A stretch of DNA of 64,000 bases from Planctomycetota bacterium (GTDB lineage Bacteria; Planctomycetota; UBA1135; GCA-002686595), in NCBI GenBank assembly GCA_041398665.1, contig JAWKUH010000006.1, positions 130,596 through 194,595 of the forward strand, read 5' to 3'. The notes beneath the pieces are model-generated. The model did not search any database and was not told the DNA's origin. It saw only the letters and a program-made list of their open reading frames with translations. Positions 57,010 to 64,000 of this stretch are shown piece by piece. The translations under genes were made by a program, and so were the position numbers. Numbering within the stretch: position 1 is the first letter of the stretch; every line of letters starts with the position of its first letter.

Positions 57010-57984
57010 ATGTCCCTCCTGCACCTCGTGACCGGCGGCGCCGGCTTCGTCGGTTCGCACCTCGTCGCCGCGCTCGTCGCCCGCGGCGATCGGGTCCGGG
57101 TGCTCGACGACCTCTCCACCGGGCGCCCGACGAACCTCGAGGGCCTCGAGGTGGGGGAGCTCGGGAGCGGCGCGCCGGTCGAGTTCCAGGAGGGCTCGGT
57201 GACCGACGCCGAAGCCGTGGGCCGAGCGACCCTCGGTGTCACCGGCGTGCTCCACGAAGCCGCCCAGGTCTCGGTGCCGCTCAGCGTCGAGCGCCCCGTC
57301 CGGAGCGTCGAGATCAACGCGCTCGGCACGCTCACGGTCCTCGAGGCGGCGCGGCGCAACGGCGTGCGGCGGGTCGTCCTCGCCGCGTCGTCGGCGGCCT
57401 ACGGGAACAACGAGGTGCTCCCGAAGCACGAGGACATGCCGGTCGCCCCGCTCTCGCCGTACGCGGTCGGCAAGGTCGCGGCCGAACAGCTCATGACGGT
57501 CTACGCGGGGCTGCACGGTCTGCACACGACCTCGCTCCGCTACTTCAACGTGTTCGGTCCGCGGCAGGCCGACGACAGTCCCTACACGGGCGTCATCGCG
57601 ATCTTCGCCCGGCGGATCCTCTCGGGCCTGCCCGTCACGATCAACGGCGACGGCTCGCACAGCCGCGACTTCACCTACGTCGACGACGTCGTCCAGGCCA
57701 ACCTGCGAGCACTGGACGCGGACCACGCACCGGGGCGCGTCTACAACGTCGGCGCGGGCGCGAGCACGACCATCGAGCAGCTCTACCGCTCGATCGCCCG
57801 CCTGGCGGGCAGCGACGCCGAACCGAGTTTCGGCGTGGAGCGCGCGGGCGACGTGAAGCACAGCCTCGCGTCGCTCGACCGCATCCGCGCGGAACTCGGG
57901 TACGAGCCCGGCGTCACCTTCGAGGAAGGACTCCGGCGCACGTTCGAGTGGTACCGCTCGAACGCACCGGCGGGTTCCCGCTGA
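57010..57984 (+). CDS. NAD-dependent epimerase/dehydratase (UDP-glucose 4-epimerase family SDR)
   Basis: GGAGFVGSH Rossmann motif, catalytic YAVGK, 324 aa. Confidence 0.85.
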   Translation: MSLLHLVTGGAGFVGSHLVAALVARGDRVRVLDDLSTGRPTNLEGLEVGELGSGAPVEFQEGSVTDAEAVGRATLGVTGVLHEAAQVSVPLSVERPVRSVEINALGTLTVLEAARRNGVRRVVLAASSAAYGNNEVLPKHEDMPVAPLSPYAVGKVAAEQLMTVYAGLHGLHTTSLRYFNVFGPRQADDSPYTGVIAIFARRILSGLPVTINGDGSHSRDFTYVDDVVQANLRALDADHAPGRVYNVGAGASTTIEQLYRSIARLAGSDAEPSFGVERAGDVKHSLASLDRIRAELGYEPGVTFEEGLRRTFEWYRSNAPAGSR

Positions 57985-58043
57985 AACCCGCGGGGTCCGT
58001 CACCGGCCTCCTCCGACCCGCGCCGGAAGCGCGGAGTCGGACG

Positions 58044-58307
58044 TCACTTGTCCTGGTCGGCGAACCGGAAGCGCGGGTCGCGGGTCATCCTCGGATCGAG
58101 CACCACGTGCTCGCAGTAGGGCTCGGGACAGGTCCATCCGATGACGGAGCGTTCGCCTCCGTGCACCTTGTGGATCGGGACGAGTCGGTACCCGTGGTCC
58201 GGGCACGTCGACGTCCGCGCTTCGCGCTGCGGGTTCGAGTCGCCCCGTTGGATCGCCATCTGCATCGTCGTCTCCATCTCTCGGGGGCCCCCTGCCCCCT
58301 CTCGCAC
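58044..58307 (-). CDS. Small Cys/His-rich protein (possible zinc-binding), hypothetical
   Basis: CPDHGYRLVPIHKVHGGERSVIGWTCPEPYCEHV. Start ambiguous (METTMQMA). Confidence 0.4.
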   Translation of the reverse strand: MREGAGGPREMETTMQMAIQRGDSNPQREARTSTCPDHGYRLVPIHKVHGGERSVIGWTCPEPYCEHVVLDPRMTRDPRFRFADQDK

Positions 58308-58659
58308 CGGCCCCCTCGGCCGGTGACCCGGGCAGCACCGTTCCCGTGCGCCCGCCGTCGTTCCTCTTTCATCGGCCGAACGGCCGTTTTCCTCGACGGT
58401 CCCGGCCCCAGCCGGGGCTCGTCGCGGACCGTACGTCCCGAAAGCTAGCCTTCTGCCCGCAAGCCACCGTCAAGCTCCCGTGGAAGGACGGTGACGGCGC
58501 TCGACGACGAGCCGCCGTGTTCCTTGCCGGTGGGTCTCCCCAGGGGTACCTTGCCCGCTTCCGCGCCGTCCGGTGAAGGCTCCGCGAACCCTCGCAGCGA
58601 GCTCCCGGGGCGCCCTCGGAACCCAGACAACCGCGGCGGCTCCGGACCGCCGAAGCTCG

Positions 58660-60318
58660 ATGGACTACAGCGCCCACCTGAAGAGCCTCTTGGGCCTCGA
58701 CACCGTCCAGTACAAGTACGGTCTCTCCAAGGAGGAGCTCTTCCACGAAGCGATCGCGAACGACCGCGGCCGCGTCCGTGTGGGAGGAGCGTCCGACGAG
58801 CCGAAGGCCTTCGCGACGAGCCTCGGGGTCGCCGGTCCGCTCGTCTACTACACCGACCCCGACTGCACGGGTCGTCGGGTCAAGGACACCTACGCGGTGG
58901 CCTGGCCCGAGGTGGACGCGAACGTCTGGTGGAAGAACGACCTCCAGAAGTACGACCCCGCGAAGTACGAGGGTCTCCTGAAGCGGGTCGTCGAGCACCT
59001 GAACAAGAAGCGCGCGACGCTCTACGTCAAGGACGTCTACGTCGGCTCCGACCCGAGCTACGCGCTGCCCTACCGCTTCGTGGGCGAGTACGCGACGCAC
59101 GCGATGTTCGCGCACAACATGTTCCCGAAGGACCTGGCGGGGGTCGCGAACGAGGAGGGCAAGCGCTGGACGATGCTGAACTCGCCGTCGTTCGTGTGCG
59201 AACCCGAGCGCGACGGCTGTCGCGCCGAGGCGGCGATCGTCATCGACTTCAAGAACCGCATCTGCCTGGTCGCGGGGCGCGCCGACTACAACGGCGTCGT
59301 CAAGAAGACGATCTTCACCGTGATGAACTACGTCCTGCCGAACCAGGGCATCCTCTCGATGCACTGCTCGGCGAACGTCGGTTCGAACGACGACGCCGCG
59401 ATCTTGTTCGGCCTCTCGGGCACGGGCAAGACCACGCTCTCGGCCGATCCGGCGCGTCGGCTCGTCGGTGACGACGAGACGGCCTGGAACGAGCGCGGCA
59501 TCTCGAACCTCGAGGACGGCTGCTACGCCAAGCTGATCGACCTCGACAAGGCGGCGGAGCCGGTGATCGCGGAAGCGCTCAGCAAGCCCGGCACCATCGT
59601 CGAGAACGTGCCGCCGCTGCCCGGCAAGACGATGGCCCAGTGCCACCCGCAGGAGCTCGACCTCAACGATCGCTCGATCACCGAGAACACGCGCTTCTCG
59701 TACCCGCTGTCGGCGAACCCGAACGTGATGCCGGACGCCTGCGGTCCCGCGCCGCAGACGATCGTGCTGCTCACCGCCGACGCGTTCGGCGTGCTGCCCC
59801 CGATCGCGGTGCTCGAACCGAAGGACGTCATGTACCACTTCGTGAGCGGCTTCACGGCCAAGCTCGCGGGTACGGAGGTCGGCGTCACCGAACCGCAGGC
59901 CGCGTTCTCCGCCTGCTTCGGCGCGCCGTTCATGGCCCACAAGCCGTCGGTGTACGCCAAGCTGCTCGCCGAGAAGATGCAGAAGAACCACGCGCGCTGC
60001 ATCCTCCTCAACACCGGCTGGTCGGGCGGCGCCTACGGGACCGGCAAGCGGATCTCGATCAAGCACACGCGCGCGCTCCTCGACGCGGCGCTGGCGGGCG
60101 ACCTCGACGCCGACAAGGTGGACTACGAGGTGCACTCGACCTTCAACCTGCGCATGCCGAAGTCCTGCCCCGGCGTGCCCTCCGAGATCCTGAACCCGCG
60201 CAACACCTGGAGCGACAAGGCCGCCTACGACGCGGCCGCCACCAAGCTGCGCGACATGTTCCGGGCGAACTTCGAGACCAAGGGGTTCGGTCAGCTCGGG
60301 ATCGAACCCGTCATGTGA
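58660..60318 (+). CDS. pckA: Phosphoenolpyruvate carboxykinase (ATP)
   Basis: 552 aa. Kinase-1a GLSGTGKTT, PEPCK signatures (CYAKLIDL, NTGWSGG). Confidence 0.9.
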   Translation: MDYSAHLKSLLGLDTVQYKYGLSKEELFHEAIANDRGRVRVGGASDEPKAFATSLGVAGPLVYYTDPDCTGRRVKDTYAVAWPEVDANVWWKNDLQKYDPAKYEGLLKRVVEHLNKKRATLYVKDVYVGSDPSYALPYRFVGEYATHAMFAHNMFPKDLAGVANEEGKRWTMLNSPSFVCEPERDGCRAEAAIVIDFKNRICLVAGRADYNGVVKKTIFTVMNYVLPNQGILSMHCSANVGSNDDAAILFGLSGTGKTTLSADPARRLVGDDETAWNERGISNLEDGCYAKLIDLDKAAEPVIAEALSKPGTIVENVPPLPGKTMAQCHPQELDLNDRSITENTRFSYPLSANPNVMPDACGPAPQTIVLLTADAFGVLPPIAVLEPKDVMYHFVSGFTAKLAGTEVGVTEPQAAFSACFGAPFMAHKPSVYAKLLAEKMQKNHARCILLNTGWSGGAYGTGKRISIKHTRALLDAALAGDLDADKVDYEVHSTFNLRMPKSCPGVPSEILNPRNTWSDKAAYDAAATKLRDMFRANFETKGFGQLGIEPVM

Positions 60319-60366
60319 ACCGTCGGCGTGCCGCTCGGGTGCGCCGTACAACGACGACAGAGCGAG

Positions 60367-60744
60367 ATGGAACCCTGGGTCCAGGCCTACATGGCCGGAA
60401 TGAAGCGCTTCGGCGCGGACGACTACCCCGGCGCCGCGGTGCACTACCGCGAGTCGCTCGAGCTGCGTCCCGACAACACCGAGGTGCTGCACGCACTCGC
60501 CGCCGCGCTCATGTACGCCGGTGACCTCGACGAGGCCATCGCGACCGCGGACCGCATCGTCGAGCTCGACCCGACGGACCACCTCGTCCACACGAGCCTC
60601 TCGATGATGTACCAGCGCAAGGGCATGATCGACGAGGCCGAGGCGCAGGCCGCGAAGGCGCGCCTCAAGGCGTGGAAGGCCGAGCTCAAGCAGAACCCCA
60701 ATGCTCCGCCGCCCGACGACGGGCCGATGAACGTGATCCAGTGA
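60367..60744 (+). CDS. Small TPR-repeat protein
   Basis: 125 aa. TPR-like helices (AAVHYRESLELRPDNTEVLHALAAALMYAGDLDEAIATADRIVELDP). Confidence 0.55.
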   Translation: MEPWVQAYMAGMKRFGADDYPGAAVHYRESLELRPDNTEVLHALAAALMYAGDLDEAIATADRIVELDPTDHLVHTSLSMMYQRKGMIDEAEAQAAKARLKAWKAELKQNPNAPPPDDGPMNVIQ

Positions 60745-60838
60745 GGGTCACCGCGGCCGGGAACGCGAACGGGGCGCGCTGCACGAGCAGCGCGCCCCGT
60801 TCGCGTGTTCGGGCGCTCGCGCGCCGGCGTCTCGCTGG

Positions 60839-61165
60839 TCAGGCTTCGTCCTCGTCGATGCCGAGGATCTTGCGTCCCTCCTCGGAGATGCGGTGCGGTC
60901 CCCAGGCGGGCTCCCACACGATGTCGACGCGCGTGTCGTCGATCCCGGTGACGGAGTTCGCGCGGCGCTTCACCATGTCGGGGATCGTCCGCGCCTCGGG
61001 GCAGGCCTGCGACGTGAGCGTCATCGTCACCACGCAGTTCGGGCCCTCGACCTGGACCTCGTAGATCAGGCCGAGGTCGACGATGTTGACGGGGATCTCG
61101 GGGTCGAAGATCTGCCGGAGCTGGGAGTAGACGGCTTCGACGGGATCGGTGGTGGACTCGGTCAT
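60839..61165 (-). CDS. DUF59 / SufT-like Fe-S cluster assembly protein (MIP18 family)
   Basis: 108 aa. IFDPEIPVNIVDLGLIY...TLTSQACPEA motif. Confidence 0.7.
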   Translation of the reverse strand: MTESTTDPVEAVYSQLRQIFDPEIPVNIVDLGLIYEVQVEGPNCVVTMTLTSQACPEARTIPDMVKRRANSVTGIDDTRVDIVWEPAWGPHRISEEGRKILGIDEDEA

Positions 61166-61299
61166 CGCGATGTGGGGTGGCTTCGTCGTTCGGGCGGAGA
61201 AGGGTAGCGCAGCCGAGCCCTTCGGACACGGCGGACCCGGTTTCGAGTGTGTGCGGCGCCCGAGGGCCCCGGCCCGCAGCGGTTACGATCCGCGCCGAC

Positions 61300-62181
61300 A
61301 TGCTCCGCTACGAAGGCACGCTGTACCGCCCGCCGTCGGAGGCGGACTCCCTGATCCTCCAGGCGACGATCGGGTGTTCGTACAACCGCTGCACCTTCTG
61401 CGGGATGTACCGCGACAAGCGCTTCCGGGTCCGCCCGCTGGCCGAGGTCGTGGCCGAGATCGAGTGGGCGCGGGCCGAGTTCGGGCCCGACGTCGCCAAG
61501 GTGTTCCTCGCGGACGGCGACGCGCTCGTCGCGAAGGCCTCGTACCTCGAGAGCCTGTGCGGCGAGCTGAGGGACGCCTTCCCGACGCTGCGCCGGATCA
61601 GTTGCTACGCCTCTCCGCAGTCGCTCCAGGTGCGCAGCGTCGAGGAGATGGCGCGGCTGCGCGAGGCCGGGCTCACGCAGTACTACCTCGGCGTGGAGAG
61701 CGGCCACGACGCCGTGCTCGAGCGGCTCGAGAAGGGCGTGGACGCCGCCGAGATGGTCCGCGTCGCGAGCAAGGCGACCGAGGCCGGCGTGCGGCTCTCG
61801 ACCATGATCCTGCTCGGAGCCGGCGGGCGGGCGCTGTCGGAGGCGCACGCCCGGGAGTCCGCGCGCGTCGTCAACGCCATCGCCCCGCGCTTCGTCTCGA
61901 CCCTCGTCATGACGCCGGTCGAGGGCACGCCGCTCTTCGACGAGGACCTCCGAGGGGACGTCGAGCACCTCGACCCGATCGAACTCGCGCGCGAGCTCCG
62001 CACCTTCGTCGGCGCGCTCGAGCTGCGCGGCTCCGTCTTCCGCTCGAACCACGCGAGCAACTATCTCGCGCTCGGCGGCACGCTGCCGAAGGACAAGCCG
62101 GCGATCCTCGAGGCGCTCGATCGCGTGCTCGCGAACCCCGACGCGGTCCGGTTCCGTCCGGACTGGATGCGGGGGTTGTGA
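61300..62181 (+). CDS. Radical SAM domain protein
   Basis: CSYNRCTFC (Cx3Cx2C) motif, TIM-barrel-like succession. Confidence 0.7.
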   Translation: MLRYEGTLYRPPSEADSLILQATIGCSYNRCTFCGMYRDKRFRVRPLAEVVAEIEWARAEFGPDVAKVFLADGDALVAKASYLESLCGELRDAFPTLRRISCYASPQSLQVRSVEEMARLREAGLTQYYLGVESGHDAVLERLEKGVDAAEMVRVASKATEAGVRLSTMILLGAGGRALSEAHARESARVVNAIAPRFVSTLVMTPVEGTPLFDEDLRGDVEHLDPIELARELRTFVGALELRGSVFRSNHASNYLALGGTLPKDKPAILEALDRVLANPDAVRFRPDWMRGL

Positions 62182-62206
62182 GACGAGCGATCGACCCCGC
62201 GCCGGG

Positions 62207-63112
62207 TCAGATCTCGAACTCAACCGCGTCGCCGACGGACGCCGGTCCGGCGAGCACGAGTTCGTCCGGGCGCACCTCGACGCCGAGCACGCCGCCGCGT
62301 TGGCGGACCTCGACGGAAGGGTCGGTGAGTCCGAGCGCGTACGACACGAACGCCGAGGCGCACGCGGCCGTCCCGCAGGCCGCCGTCTCGCCCGATCCGC
62401 GCTCGTGCGTGCGCGTCGCGATCGCGTCGGCGGACACCCGACGCATCAGCGTCACGTTGACCCGAGCGGGGAACGCGGGGTGGCACTCGAGCCCCTCGAA
62501 TCCGAGCGGTTCGCCCTCGCGGAGGTCGTCGGTGGGGAGCACGAGGTGCGGATTGCCGACGGAGAGGACGTAGCCGGAGAACTCGCGCCCCGCGGCGACG
62601 AGCTCGAGTCGTTGGAGTCCCCGAGGTCCCGTGCTGCACGCTCCGGCGCGTCGCGCGTCGCACGGGACGGCGTCGAGCTCGACCCGCGGCGGCGGCAACG
62701 TGACGCGCACGCGCGGCTCGCTCCCGCTCACGACCACCTCGTACCGGTGCACGGCGGAGTCGCTCCGCAGCGCGCCCTCGGCGGAGCCGCGTCGCGTCCG
62801 CGCCAGCAGTGCCGCGGCGCGCAGGCCGTTCCCGCACACCTCGCCGCGCGACCCGTCCGCGTTCCACACCGTGAGGCGCCGTTCGCACGTCGCGTCGAGC
62901 TCGAGCAGGATCACGCCGTCGAGCCGCGCTCCACCGAGCGCGGAGAGCCAGCGTGGCGTCGCGTGCGGCGCGCAATCACGCAACCGCGCCGCGGCGTCGC
63001 TTCCGACGTCCTCCTCGTCGACGAAGACGTAGGCGTTCCCGCAGCCCTCGGCGCGCGTTCCCCGGACCTTCGTCACGACGCGAGCGTACCGCGACGCGAA
63101 CTCCCGCTCCAT
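62207..63112 (-). CDS. dapF: Diaminopimelate epimerase
   Basis: Two catalytic Cys contexts (EVCGNG and GSGETAACGTAACAS). 301 aa. Confidence 0.85.
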   Translation of the reverse strand: MEREFASRYARVVTKVRGTRAEGCGNAYVFVDEEDVGSDAAARLRDCAPHATPRWLSALGGARLDGVILLELDATCERRLTVWNADGSRGEVCGNGLRAAALLARTRRGSAEGALRSDSAVHRYEVVVSGSEPRVRVTLPPPRVELDAVPCDARRAGACSTGPRGLQRLELVAAGREFSGYVLSVGNPHLVLPTDDLREGEPLGFEGLECHPAFPARVNVTLMRRVSADAIATRTHERGSGETAACGTAACASAFVSYALGLTDPSVEVRQRGGVLGVEVRPDELVLAGPASVGDAVEFEI

Positions 63113-63126
63113 GCGTCCGCCGTCGC

Positions 63127-64000
63127 TCAGCGCGGGGCGCGTGCCAGGTCGCGCGCGAGGACCGGCGCGGGCTCGGCGGCGAGTTCGCCCTCGAGCCCCA
63201 GCCAGTCGCGTTCGATCGCGGCGTAGATCGAACGGAAGTCGACGCGGTGGGGGAGGTCGCCGTCGACGAGGTCGGTGAGGTCTGGCACTTCGCCGACGAA
63301 TCCGCCGCGCGTCGACGGTCCGAGCAGGAACACGGGCCCTGCCGCGCCGTGATCGGTGCCCAGCGACGCGTTCTCGCGGACGCGCCGTCCGAACTCGCTG
63401 AAGACGAGCGTGACGACGTCGCGATCGCGCCCCGCCGCCGCGAGTTCGCGGCGGAACGCCGCCAACGCTCCGTCGAGTCGGGCGAGGAGCGCTGCGTGCT
63501 GCACCGGTTGGTCGCGGTGCGTGTCGAAGCCGCCGAGCTCCACCTGGTAGATGCGCGCCCCGAGCCCCGAGCGGACGAGCTGCGAGACGAGCGCGAGGTG
63601 CTGGGCGAACCGGTCCTGCGGCCAGTCGGCCGAGGCGCCGCGCAACGACGCGCTCTCGAGCCGCCGCGAGAGCGCGACGGCCTCCCGCCCCGTGCGGCGC
63701 AGGAAGCCGAGCTCTCCCGCGGCGTCGTCCGAATAGGTCAGCTCGAGCGCGCGGCGCGTCGCGTCGCCGCCGGGGACGCGCAGTCGTTCGAGATCCTCGA
63801 TCGAGGGCGCCGGACCTTCGTCGCCGACGAGCGACCTCGGCAGGCTCCCGTCGCCGACGTACAGCGCGACCGGCCCCGAAGCGCCGCGACGTGCCGCGCG
63901 CTCCGCCATGCGCGCGAGCCAGCCCGAGCTCCGCGCTGCACCGTCCCGCGCCGCCGGATCGCCGGTGTGCCAGATGTCCATCGACCGGAAGTGCGATCGG
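63127..64000 (-). CDS. DUF1501 (sulfatase-like) family protein, 5' end beyond window
   Basis: C-terminal signature TLVFSEFGRRVRENASLGTDHGAAGPVFLLG. Reading frame continues past 63981 to the window edge. Confidence 0.6.
   Translation of the reverse strand, partial: RSHFRSMDIWHTGDPAARDGAARSSGWLARMAERAARRGASGPVALYVGDGSLPRSLVGDEGPAPSIEDLERLRVPGGDATRRALELTYSDDAAGELGFLRRTGREAVALSRRLESASLRGASADWPQDRFAQHLALVSQLVRSGLGARIYQVELGGFDTHRDQPVQHAALLARLDGALAAFRRELAAAGRDRDVVTLVFSEFGRRVRENASLGTDHGAAGPVFLLGPSTRGGFVGEVPDLTDLVDGDLPHRVDFRSIYAAIERDWLGLEGELAAEPAPVLARDLARAPR

Noticed and set aside
1-64000. tRNA / rRNA genes
   Set aside because: No T-loop (GGTTCGAATCC-like) or rRNA-like conserved stretches were seen by eye. 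Cannot exclude without a dedicated scan.

Overview
The window is 64 kb of very GC-rich (about 72 % GC) chromosomal DNA from a Gram-negative-type bacterium. Lipobox lipoproteins, an OMP ending in an aromatic residue and multiheme c-type cytochromes support that. The organism is possibly Myxococcota/Anaeromyxobacter-like, but that is inference only. Because of the GC content the ORF track is dominated by long Arg/Ala-rich antisense and off-frame ORFs. Genes were called by protein-like composition and recognisable motifs, not by ORF length. About 45 genes are supported. Most are housekeeping: cls, dedA, apt, argS, an ABC-F ATPase, prmA, a DinG-like helicase, topA, leucine dehydrogenase, methionine aminopeptidase, mutS, galE-like epimerase, pckA, dapF, a LytS/LytTR two-component pair and an NfeD-flotillin pair. 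The most interesting block is at 1.6-8.7 kb. It encodes four tightly linked or overlapping genes: (1) a membrane protein fusing two 4Fe-4S ferredoxin motifs, an FAD/NAD(P)-binding oxidoreductase domain and a C-terminal His-bearing polytopic membrane domain; (2) a periplasmic cytochrome c with about 23 CxxCH motifs; (3) a 587-aa outer-membrane beta-barrel; (4) a seven-heme lipoprotein cytochrome. This looks like a porin-cytochrome extracellular electron conduit with its own, apparently unusual, NAD(P)H-linked inner-membrane input module. A second outer-membrane-type cytochrome (11-heme lipoprotein, 960 aa) lies at 13.6-16.5 kb, just downstream of a membrane-anchored CadC/ToxR-like regulator and a Tat-exported ankyrin-repeat protein. 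Other notable items follow. A mosaic family of intergenic repeat elements occurs in four copies, with shared modules tcacagggag, cacggagcacacg, ccgttcgggc and gcgccgcttcgcg and long inverted or tandem repeats. A FliA-type sigma factor carries a 280-aa Lys/Ala-rich histone-H1-like N-terminal extension, and TopA carries a similar C-terminal tail. A small zinc-ribbon gene is interrupted by an in-frame TGA. At least eight apparent single-base frameshifts fall in G/C homopolymer runs of otherwise intact conserved genes (mutS three times, a ThuA-like protein, a GT4 glycosyltransferase, the fused oxidoreductase and a lipoprotein). This pattern most likely reflects assembly or sequencing indels. No tRNA, rRNA or CRISPR was seen. 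Coordinates not taken from the ORF track are approximate (within a few nt).
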